Assembly (NCBI GenBank): GCA_964106645.2
Contig: OZ067045.1
Length of the DNA stretch: 64,000 nt
From: Podarcis pityusensis
Taxonomy: Eukaryota
Strand: one strand, 5' to 3'
Shown here: piece by piece, positions 35,340 through 47,300 of the stretch
Numbering within the stretch: the first letter of the stretch is position 1
Layout of the letters: the number at the start of each line of letters is the position of its first letter
Notes under the pieces: model-generated
Told to the model about the DNA's origin: nothing
The model's input: only the letters and a program-made list of their open reading frames with translations
Databases searched by the model: none
Translations under genes and position numbers: made by a program

Positions 35340-38300
35340 GTGAGCGAGGGGGGCGGGCTGCCTTCCATTCACGCTCTTGGGCCGCTGAGGGGGCCCTTCT
35401 CGCACCGCACTGGCAGCAGCAGCCGCATTAATAGTGCCCGGCAGGGTCTTTCACCGCCCTGCTTTGAGGTGCCATTGGCGGGGCTTCAGCCGCTGAGCCA
35501 AAGCCCTTTCCTCAGCGCCCGCCTCCCCTTGCTGAAGGGCTGGCCCGTTGGCTGCTCCTGCTCATCCTGTCACCGAAGGGCCTCTTCTTTCTCTTGGAGC
35601 AGGCCTGAGCGGGGGCGGGAGTGCTGGTTTAGAGCGGGATCTACAAACAGCAGCTCTGAGGAAGTTGCACCTCTTCTCTCAATCCTGAATTTCTCCGCTC
35701 TCACCACATACCAGGCATAAAGATCAAGCCCTGAAATAGGGCTTGACACAGAGACAGGCTGCTGTTTGTATGGTTGAAGGGCCTTATCCAGCCACAGAGT
35801 AGACCAAGCCTTTCTCTCTGCACGCACCTTGCAAAACTACTTGTCAGCTTGAGTGGGCAAAACTGGGCAGGGTGGACCAGTTTTCTGGCTCCATTCCATT
35901 TGTTCATAGATGATTCATTTGTGGGCATACAAGGTTGCTAATGGCCAGCTAAATTAAAAGAAATATATTCCTCATGTTAAACTGGAGCCAGACATGGACC
36001 TGGTGAGACATGATACAGCCTTCTTATTCTCCTGTTTTTAGGCTGGTGCGAGAATTTGTGGCTCAGAACAGCACAGCTCAGATCAAGCATGTGATTCAGA
36101 TTCTTTCTCAGGAGTTTGCACTTTCCCAGCACCCACATAGTCGAAAAGGGGGGCTTATTGGCCTGGCAGCCTGCTCCATTGCTCTTGGGAAGGTAGGTGG
36201 TGTTGCTGTTTCTTTGACCCCATAGGAGGACATGAGCCCTTGTCCTCTGTTAGAAGGGAGAGAGGCTGTCTGTTCTAACCTCACATTTGTTCCAGAGGAG
36301 GAAGACATTCTGTGATGGATGACTTTGGAAATCTAAAAAATGGATTCCAAATTAGTTACAAAATTATTTATCACAATCTCCAAAAAAAAGTTTTATGAAT
36401 AATTAAGCTCTAATGCTGATTTGGTGCAATGTTAAGAAATATCTCCAAATAACATCTTCATATGTAGAGAAGCATTTAGTCAAGCTGTGTGCTGCTTCCA
36501 GCTGCCTTTGACCAATTTCCTTCCATTTTCCCTGGCAAAATTTAGGCTTATTCACACATTACTTGGCTAATAAGGAACTCCAAGTTTTGAGCCACCTTTG
36601 GATGTTTTGGCATTGTCAGAAGGGAACAGGTTCCCTGCCCTCCCATCAGTGGCCAGAAAAGGCAAGGGAGATGGGACTTCTTGTTAGCAGAGTGACGACT
36701 CTTCCTACATTCCTGAAAAGAGGCTGAATTCTGGCCCATCTCCTCTCACTGTTTAAAATGGACTTTCTTGCCTTTGCTGCATAGTAAGGAGCTTTTGCTC
36801 TAGGTTTGGGGTGCCCATATTTTCTGGATTTGAGGACACATTTGGAAACTTAAGAAACTGTTGTGGGACCAACAAATGTTCATTTCCCAGAACACAACTC
36901 TCCACAACAACTCTCTCCCATCTCATTTTTAAAAAATGGACAAGTGATGGAGACTTTAGCACCTGTGTGCCTGAGGAATCTGTGTTGCCCACAAGCATGA
37001 TGTTGGTGACTCCAGCTATAGTCAGTGCCTGGGCATTCTGTTCTTAGCCAGGTTTGCTGGCCCTATTCTAAGCCCCCACCCCCACCCCCACCCCGGTGCA
37101 CTTGCAAGAAAGCAGGGGCTCCACTCTGGTGTAGCCACTGCTTAAGTCCATGGCTCCCCCCCCCCTTATCCTTGTGTTTTGATTTGTAGGACTCTGGGCT
37201 GTACTTGAAGGAGCTCATTGAGCCTGTGCTGACATGCTTCAATGATGCTGACAGCCGCTTGCGGTACTACGCCTGTGAGGCCCTGTACAACATTGTGAAG
37301 GTGGCCAGAGGCTCTGTACTCCCCCACTTCAAAGTGCTGTTTGATGGCTTGAGCAAGGTAATGGGTTTTCTTGACAGGCCAATAATGTCTCACACATGTA
37401 AGGTCTCTGATGTCCTGTATATTCCTGCTCTGGGGCTCTTTGGAGGTGTGGGTGCTGATTCTGGACAACTGGGGCTGAGATATGGCACTGAGGATCTCCA
37501 TAAGCATCCCCTAGAGGAAAATGTTCCTCCTACATTGTTGCCTTCACTCCAGTTCATCCTCCTAATACTAACATGGCTGCAGAAGAGCTCTGGGAACCTG
37601 GCAGAGAGTCTGGTCCAGGGGTCCATGAATGTGCTTTCCAGATCGCTCATGGCAACCATAGCTTGGATGGTGGTGTGCACCTGTGGGTGGGGCTTGCCTC
37701 TGGCTTTGCACACTTTCTGGGCATTTCTGGAGCTCAGTTTATTGTCAGACAGGAGGTGGTGTCACTGTCCGATTGCTGGGAGTCAATAGCCAACAGAAAA
37801 TAGTTGTCTCTTGGTCAAGTCACTACTAGTGTCTTATGCACATGGCTCAGCCACACCACATACTCTCTCTGTTTTTCCTAGCTTGCTGCAGATCCAGACC
37901 CAAATGTCAAAAGTGGATCTGAACTCCTGGACCGGCTTCTGAAGGTACAGTCCTTCCTGCTGACAGCAGCTCATGATGTGCTGGGGATAGGTTACAGATG
38001 GAGGGATGCATATTTCCTGCATTAGTCTTGGGGTGTTGAATAAGGCAAAGAACCTAGGAATTTGCTTGGCTGATTTCAGGTATCAAATTGTGGTATTTGT
38101 GATCTCATGTAGAATCCACTATCATGGTTTTCAATTTTTAAATATAGAAAGGTGCTAAAAAAGTGAGAATGTTCTTCTGGGTGTGATACAAGTGATGAGT
38201 AATATGAAAGGTAATTTTGCAGAAAGTGGTGAGTTTGGGTGTCTGCCAGAGTCCCAGGCCAGGAGAGAGACCATGTTCTCAGCAGCCCTGCCATTCATGC

Positions 38301-41300
38301 TGTATATGAGGCACCTGAGAAGGCTGGAGACTGTGTTGGAACTAAGTAGCACTGGAATGTGGACCCAACTCCCACAGACAAACGCTTCTGTTAATTTTTC
38401 TAAGGGAATCAGAAATTTATGGGAGTTTGAAAGATGGGAAACTGAAACCAGGTTCATAAAGCAAACTGAGCATGCATAATGCACCTCTGGCTGGATGCTC
38501 TAGCTACTGGCACTGGATCCTAGATTGCTAAGAAACAAGCCATCTTGTTCTAGAGGCAAGGCAGATGCTGCTGACCAGCCTTTTTCTTTAGAGATCAAAG
38601 GTCACCTTCCTTGTTCCCACTGTCCTCTGAGATTGGTTGTTCCCTGAAGAGCAAGCAGAATTACACAAAAGCGAGCTTCCTCTTCTAGAAGAAACAGAGT
38701 ATCTGAGTTCCCTAGGAAAGGGGAAGAGAAAGCTATACAGTAAAACCTCTGAAGCAGCTTTGGCCTTTGCCTGGGCATCTGGCTGAGCCACCAGAGGATT
38801 TCTCAAGCACTCCAGAGAACAAAGAGCAGATATTTAAAGTGGTGTGAGGCTTTGGTCATCTAGGACAAGGGAAACAAACAGGGTTTTAAAAAAATAAAAG
38901 ATTGTGAAGATTTGGTTCTTCACAACCTCTATAGAAAACGGACAGGGTGTGATTGTTCTCTGAAAGAAGGCATAGAGTCCAAAAAACTAGAAAATGAAAG
39001 AGGAACCAGCTCTTCCACAGAATCCCTGTTGGTCATAATACCAAACATGAAAACTAATTTAGCACGGAGGGCATTGCCCTCATGACCAGAACTCTGAGGA
39101 TCAACTGGAAGTGGAGAAAAGTGGGGGGAGAGTGTTGTAATGAGCATGATTTCAACCACATTCACATCAACAGAGTAAAAACATATTTGGAACACAGTAA
39201 ATTACCTGAAGGTCTAGGTTTACGAAGCCGCTGTGCCTTAGAAGGGTTCTGGTCATGGAGCCTCCGAGAGTGCAGCAACCAGGAACTTAATGCTGGTTTT
39301 AATAATTAACCCCCAGGACCTGTGCCCCTGATACAAGTGTTGTTGACTGATCAAGAACACAACGTTACCAAGTGTGTTTGTGTGCATATGGATTCCTCTT
39401 TTGAAACCAGATGGGACTATGTTTAATTTAGTTGGCGATGTTTCACTTTTGTATACATATGGTGGCTGGAGATTTGCCAACTAAGTTAACTGTAGTTGCA
39501 TTTGGTTTCAAAAATGGATTTTTTTCAATAAGAAGGAAATTACCGTATTTTTTGCACCATAGCACTCACTTTTTTCCTCCTAGAAAGTAAGGGGAAATGT
39601 CTGTGCGTGTTATGGAGCGAATGCACGCGGGTGGCGGGGGGGGGGATCTGCTGCAGTCGTGAGCAGAGGATCCATGGTTCCCCTTCCTTCCCTCCTCCGT
39701 GGTTACAAAGCATGGATCCACATGGATCCTCAGGATTTTTGCATTGGGCTACTCCAAACTCACTGTCAGATCACATGTCTGTGGCCACAGCATGAACCAC
39801 AAAAATCATATATCCACTATTTCGTTTAGAATTTTTTTTTCTTGTTTTCCTCCTCTAAAAACTACGTGCGTGTTATGGTCTGGTGCGTGTTATAGAGCGA
39901 AAAATACGGTAGTTCAAAAGGAAAATTAAGGACATTAAATCTCTGCAGAATGCTTGGATATGGGGGGTGTTCAGGGATCATCCTCTTACAAATGCTGAGG
40001 TCATACATTCACACTGGAATATAAAGGCAAGTGTTGGCTATCATGGTGTGTTCAGCAAGCATATGAAGCAGATTGTAGGACAGCATCAGCCAGAACCCAC
40101 ATCTCTGTTAGGAAAAGACTGGACAGCAGCCCTTAAAGCACCACAATGTTGTCCGGAACATCTGGAAGATTCCTGGCTGGTGAAGGCTGAGCTTATGCAT
40201 GGCTGGAAGGCTCTCTTTCCTTTCTAGAGTGGTAGAGGTCCTGGACTTTATGTAGGGTTTAAGCAGTGATGGGAAGGGAGTCAAGGCTCATTCTCATGCT
40301 CATTGCTCTGACTTTCTAGGACATTGTGACTGAGAGCAACAACTTTGATCTGGTGAGCTTTATTCCACTGCTGCGTGAGAGAATCTACTCCAACAACCAG
40401 TATGCTCGACAGTTTATCATTTCCTGGGTAAGTGTTTTTGGTCTGCTGCTGGGATTTGTTTCTCTGGCATCTCAAGTGAGCAGTGTGTTTTATAACTGTT
40501 AGCTCAATGTTTTCTGATACTTTGGAATGGATGGTGGTATAAACAGCAGCATGGGGGTGCTTGTTACCTGCTTGGAGCTGCTGTGTATATTGTTGCTCTT
40601 GATGGCTCTTTTAGAAACTGATGGTAACAGGTGATGCATAGTTCTTTTGTGGAAAGGCCTTTCTTGTTTTTCCTTGGCAATTGTTTGCAGTTTGTCACCA
40701 GTAGCTGCTGACTTCCTGATACCTTCCTTCCAAGCCCTGTTGCAGGTTTAGCAGAAGGGAGTCCCTTGCTCTGACCACCTGTCAAAGGGCCTTTGAGAGA
40801 CTTTCTACAGGTGTGGAATTCCTGACCAGTGAAGACTTGCTGATGCTGAAGGCACCAGCTCTCTTCTATGTGAGGTGCCTCTTAGTAGCCTAAAATGACC
40901 TACCAGAGTGGGAAAGGCTGATTTCCACCTTGTCAGTCTCAAATACTTTGGGGAGCATATTTTAACCTGGAGCTGGCTAAAATTTTAAATGATTAGTCAG
41001 GCAAATCTTCCATGTGTCTCAAAGACTTTTTGGGTCTTGTTTCTTTTGAGTGAATGTACATAACGGGGAGATCTACTATTAAATAAATGAAGCTTAAGCT
41101 GCAGTGCCCTTAATCCTGGAGGGGCCACAAAAGTGAATTTAGTCCACACTGCTTAAAATTTTTAGTTCTAGCAGTAAGGTAAGGTAAAGGGCCACTGGAC
41201 AGTTAAGTCCAGTCAAAGGCGACTATGGGGTGCAGCACTCATCTCACTTTTCAGGCCAAGGGAGCCAGCATTTGTCCACAGACAGCTTACTGGGTCATGT

Positions 41301-44300
41301 GGCCAGCATGACTAAACCGCTTCTGGCACAACAGAACACTGTGATGAAAGCCAGAGCTCATAGAAATGCCATTTACTTCCCACCGCAGCGGTACCTATTT
41401 ATCTACTTGCACTGATGTGCTTCAAACTGCTAGGTTGGCAGAAGCTGGGACAAAGCAACAGGAGCTCACCCTGTTGCGCTGATTCGAACCACTGACCACA
41501 GCACCACCCGCATCCCTAGCTCCTAGTAGACCCAATTTGAGTTGAGCTTTATTGTATATATTTCAACAATCCCGTAGTTTGAGAGTCAGTAGCACAGATG
41601 TGAATGTGTGGGGATCTGTCATGGGAACAACCCCATTGAAGAAGATAACAGTGGCTACCTAGATCTTGTTTCTGGTTGCTCCCATGACAGTTCAATCTTC
41701 AGGGCCCCCAAAATGTAGGTCCGCCACTGGCACATAATCTAATTTTCCAGAACACAACCCATCTCCTTTAGAAACTCACTTGCTAAAGGCCAGACTGGGC
41801 TGGCTGAAGGTTGCCCCTTAAATGGTGTTACCCCCACTCTCTGTCCCCTTCCTCCTCTCCCATTATGCAAGCTGCTTCTAGGACCCGAAAAGCACCACTT
41901 GACATCTTGTGGCAAATCCAGTTTAGGTCTAAAGAGACACATGCTACTACTTGCCACTGCACTTCTGTATCATCTTCCTTTTGTTTGTCTTTTCCCCTTG
42001 AGTTAGATCTTGGTTCTGGAGTCAGTTCCAGATATCAACCTTCTGGATTACCTGCCAGAGATTCTAGATGGCCTCTTCCAGATCCTGGGTGACAACAGCA
42101 AGGAGATACGTAAAATGTGAGTGCAGAGCTGGATCTGGGGATAACTGCTTGGCTGTTGATACGCAGGCTTTGCCCCCTTGTTTCCAGGGCAGTGCTCCAT
42201 AAGTTGCATCACCATTTCCTTTGGCTTCAACCCAGTTGACACTCTTAAACAGGAAGCAGCAGCTTTGGGTGAGAGGAGGGGGCTGTTGCCTTGTGTGTCC
42301 TGCTCAAGGGCTTCCCACAGGGAAGTCTGCTCGGCCACTTGAAGAATAGGATGCTGGGTGAGATGGGCCCATCTCGGTGTGATCCAGCTTCAGGGCTCTA
42401 TGTTCAAGTGTCTTGGTAGAAATCAAAGTTTCTAGGCTGGAACCTGTGCTGGATGCCCAGCAAGCAGACTCCTGTCCTCGTGTCTGTGTGAGGAGAAAGA
42501 GTGAACAGAAAGGGGCATCTGCTTCCCTTTACACCTTTTCATGTTGTTTCCCCTATAGCAGAAGACCTGTTTCTAAACCCCCTGCCTTTCCCCCCTTGCA
42601 AACAGGTGTGAAGTGGCCCTTGGTGAATTTTTGAAAGAGATCAAGAAAAACCCTTCCAGTGTCAAGTTTGCTGAGATGGCCAACATCTTGGTGATTCACT
42701 GCCAGGCTTCTGGTAAGTTATTTGTATTTCCAGCCCACCCTTCACCGTATGATCCTTGTGTGTGTTCCAGAACCATCACAACTGAAACAAATATTATTAA
42801 AATTAAACCACAAGACAAACAAAGCACAGGAGCAGAACAGAAGCAGCATTGTTCAGCAGTGATGGAGGGAAGAGGAGGGAAGGCTTCCTGGGGAAAGAGA
42901 GGCACCTCACCCACCCCTTTCCAGACATTCTGCTAAACCACCTTTTTGTTTCCTGATCACTTTGACTGCAGATGACCTAATCCAGTTGACTGCCATGTGC
43001 TGGATGCGCGAATTCATCCAGCTGGCTGGCCGGGTGATGCTGCCATATTCCTCGGGGATCCTGACAGCTGTCCTGCCGTGCCTGTCCTATGATGACCGGA
43101 AGAAGAGTATCCTTCCAGCAGAGGCTGTCCTCCTCCCATCCCTTCCTTCAGAAATGTCCATCAGCATCTGGCAGAAAGGAGGGAGGAGGGTCAGGCTAAG
43201 TCAGCAGCCCTGGTTTATGCCGTTGGAGGATTTTGCTGCTGCAGCTTCCTTGTGAGCCTGTGGATCATGAAAAGCACTGGGGGGCAGCCCCGTAAGCAGC
43301 TCTGCTTTCTGTGCTTTCCTTGACATCAGAGCAGCCCCACAATTGTTTTCCCTGGGATGCTTAAGCAAAGGGTTGGCTTCAGTAGAAGAGCCATTTTTTG
43401 TGGGTATCTTTACTGAAAGATGTAGCATCGCTCAGGCTGGGCCATGAGAAGGAATCAAACATACTTCAGTATTCCTTTTGGCCCATGAGTTGAGAATCTT
43501 CCCTATTTTTTTCTTATAGAGGGTTTGTGCTGTAATGTTCTCTAAACATGTGCCAAATCTGATATCTGATGCAACCTTTGCCAGCCTAAAAATATCAGCC
43601 TGAAACCAGTTTTCTAGCACTTAAAAGGCTATGGAACTCACTCCTAAAAGAAATAGTGATAGCCACCAACTTGGATGGCTTTAAAAGAAGACCAGACAAA
43701 TTCATGGAGTAGGCTATCAGTGCCTACCAGCCATGATGGCAATGTTCTTCCTTCACCGTCAGGGGCAGTGTGCCTCTGAATACAAGCTGCTAGGAATCTC
43801 AAGTAGGGAAAGATGCTCTTGTGCTCAGGTCCTGCTTGTGGGGTTCCCAGTGAGGCATCTTGTTGGCCATGGTCAGAACAAGATGCTGGACTTGATGGGC
43901 CCCTTCTGGCTTGGCCCAGCACCCCCTCCCCTCCCTCTCCCCTGTCTGTGGTTCTAGTGCCTATGGGCCCCTGTGAAAGATCTTGAGGCTAGACTCTTGC
44001 CATAGGGCCTGTTCTGTATGAGCCTTCTACAATGGTGATTGGGAACATGACTTGGGAATGAATGTTCCTTACATCCATGGGGTGCAGGCATCAAAGAGGT
44101 GGCCAATGTGTGCAACCAGAGCCTCATGAAGCTGGTTATTCCAGAAGATGATGAGGTTGATGAGACCAAGCAGCCCACAACAGCCCCCCAGATAATGGAG
44201 GGTGATCAGGATGAATCTCTCTCCAAGCAGGAGGTGACCTCGGGCGGTAAGTCCTTATCCCCCCCCCCCCCCGCCAAGCAAACTGTCTTTCTGTATGGCT

Positions 44301-47300
44301 TTTTGTACAGATACTTATCCCTGCTCTCGTGACCTGGACTTTGGAGTATTGCAATGTGCTTTCTGTCGGGCTGGAGAGAAGAAAAATACGAGGCATGGGG
44401 AGTGGCAGGATAATGTGCTAAACAAGTGGAGATAGGACAGTACAAGTTTCTCACCACGGAATGACTGGGAAAAGATGAGGCAATCAAGATACTGTGTTCC
44501 AAGGCCACCCAATCACTCCATAGTGGGAAAATTGTATCTCCAGTCACTTAGCCTGTCTTATATTGGCTGGGTTTTAAAAGGCATTGTTCTCAAGCAGTTC
44601 TGTGTGTAAAAAAAGGGTGGAGGATGCTGTCCTTGAGAGAGAAGCAAACACCAACTGTTGATCAGGTTCCCGGTGAGGGCAGGGTCAGTTGGAAATGAAG
44701 CCAGGTCTTCCACAGAGACGTTTGGGCAGTTGCTCAGAGTGTCGGCTACACCATGGACCTCAGCAACGAGGCTGCTTGTTTTTCATCATCCTGAATGTTA
44801 TCTACAGACCTGACTACCTCACTGTCTTGATGTTTTCAGAACATTCTTACCTGGGGCCACATCACTATTTTGTTTGGGGAGCAGTCCTTGCAAGTGCCAG
44901 CCCTTTGTGTTCCTCTGACAGTGTTGTGCCATGTTCACGCTAACTGACACCTGTCTCCCTGCAGGCTGCCTGGATGCCTCCGGCGATTCCAATTTCAGCA
45001 ACACCAGTGTCTTTATACCAGCCAGGTAAAAAACAACTGCCTCTTGTTAATGAAACTGGGGGGTCCTCTGTAGCATTTTACAGAGGGGGAGATTCTGCTG
45101 TGCATTCCTATGCTTGGATCTTGCGCTGGACTGGATAGTGCCATTGAGTTGCTGCAAACCATGGTTTACAGAGTACTGCATGGGCTTTGGTGGCAGAGGA
45201 TGCTGCTTAGAAGGAATTCAGAGCAGCTGGTGAACTATGAGGCACCTCTCAATGATGTGAGGTTCTTTCCTGCTAGTAACTGGGGGGGGTGCATTCAGAT
45301 GAAGCGAGCATGTTTCTGCATGCATTCCCCCCACAGTGAGGTGATGTGGGTCAGAGCACACCTGTGCTTGGGATAGTAAACCACCTCCTTCTAACCCACA
45401 AAGTGTAGCTTACAAACCCAAACGCTGTTTAGACTTGAATTCTGTGAATAGCTATGAAACTTGCTTTTGGCTGTCTCTAGGGGCAGTATTTGAGTTTGTG
45501 CAAAACATCTGATTTCAAATGGCAGCAGAAGCTGGTGAGTGGCAGGTGTTCTGCCTTTGGGCACTCAGCAGTTTTGCAGGATCCCTTCCAGGCATTTGGG
45601 ATGGGCATTGTCCACTGAGCAGAAAGAGCAAAGCAGCTGAATCCTGTGGGATAAAAACTTTGCTGAAGCAGAGGAGGTGATAATTGAGTGGCATTTGCCC
45701 CAGACAGTTAGCTTGCCTTTACCCCATAAAATGAACAGGCGATGACAGTCTGTTTGTGTATATAAAGGAAGCATGGAACCTGAGTGTGGCCCTCTCAGCA
45801 GCCTTGGGTTTCTTGTATACCTGGAAGCTAGCATATCTGTAAGGTTGCTGGGGCTGATGGGTAGTCCAAAACACATGGAGGGCACCAGGTTGGCAAAGGC
45901 TGTGCTGCAGCATGCATAATTCTGCAGCTCCTCAAGTCTCCCTTCTCCCCCCCAGTCATCTTAGTTTTGCAGTTTGCCTTGCAGGGAAAGTTCTCAACCC
46001 AACCTCCCCCCACCACATACTCCTTTTCCAGCTCTCAGGTGCCCTTTTTTAGATGAGGTAACAACCAGAACTGTATGTATTCATTTTTTTAGAAATGTTA
46101 TGTTACAATAAAACAGTCTAGACCAGGAGATGGCAGAGCAACACAAAGGCCAAGCCTTGGGAATGGAACTCATGGCTGGAATGCCTTGGAGAGTAAAACT
46201 TTTCTTTGCTCAGTGCTGACAGGCTATTGAGCATCGGTGCCAGGGCAAGGCATTGGCACTGTGACGGACCTTTCTCCTGGTGGTTACTTGCTGCTTTGGG
46301 GAAATGGGGGCACTCAAAGTTCCTCCCTGAGGGTAACCTTGGGGCACAAGTAGGCTTTTGTGGGGAAAGTGATCCATACATAACGTTCTGTTCGTGCATT
46401 GTATTCCACATACAGGTTTATATGAAGTAATTATAGATTTGACTTTTAACAATAACAGCATCACAACTTTTAACTACAATAGTTACAAACGATAGTTGAT
46501 CAATATGCTGAGAATGGTCAGGAGGAAGGAAAAATTCTTGGAGAAGGAGCAATGAAAACGAGGAGTCAAAAGTGGATGTGGTGATTTGGAGGCAAGCAGT
46601 CAACACAGTTAGCTGTGGACTCACAGATAAGGGGCTGCATAAGAGCTGGAGAAAGAGAAGTGCCTTAGAGCACTGGAGGCCTGATGCTGGATCTAACCAC
46701 CCAGGCCACCTCTTTCCCACCAGACACCTCAGTGAGAACCCCACAAGCTGCTGCTGCTTCTTCTTCTTCTTTGGCGATCCCTCATAGCCAAGTAAGATTG
46801 TCTTCCATAAACACGGTTTTAACAATGAGTCCATAAGTGACTGTGGAAGCAAATTCTGGATCCACACATCCTTCCACAGTGGGGACATAGATTTCTGGGC
46901 AGGAGTTGATCATGGTGATGGTCTGCCAAGTGTGCCTTCCTCTTAGCACGTTTCTCCTTTTCATCCTGAGTTCGAGTGTCTTCAAAGCCCATGACACCTT
47001 TGGTAAAGGCTGTTCTCCAATTGGAACACTCGCAGGCAAGTGTTTCCCACAAGCAGGACATGGGAGGGCACATCTCCCTCCTGTCCCTTTTGTTGCCCAG
47101 TGACTGGCACTTGGAATCATCTTCCACCTCTCATCCTGGAGGCTTTGTGACCAGGAAAGGAGGCGAGCTCAAGGGCTGCTTTTCTGTGGTGCTTTTGCAG
47201 GGCAGTGGGTCCCATGCAACCCCCAGTAAAATTAAGGTGCAGAGTCAGCAGTACCTGGTGGGCTTGCTCCCTGTGTCTTCTGGAATATTGAATATTCCAT

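Larger units (their letters stand above)
34770..35640 (+). promoter_or_regulatory. CpG-island promoter / first exon region of VAC14
   Basis: Sharp rise in GC and CpG around the ATG at 35236; contains 2 TCACGTGA E-boxes, a GGAAG ETS core and a YY1-like CAAGATGGC. Confidence 0.88.

Noticed and set aside
37205-37789. 194-aa ORF
   Set aside because: VAC14 exon 3 plus intron read-through past the AAG|GTAATG donor
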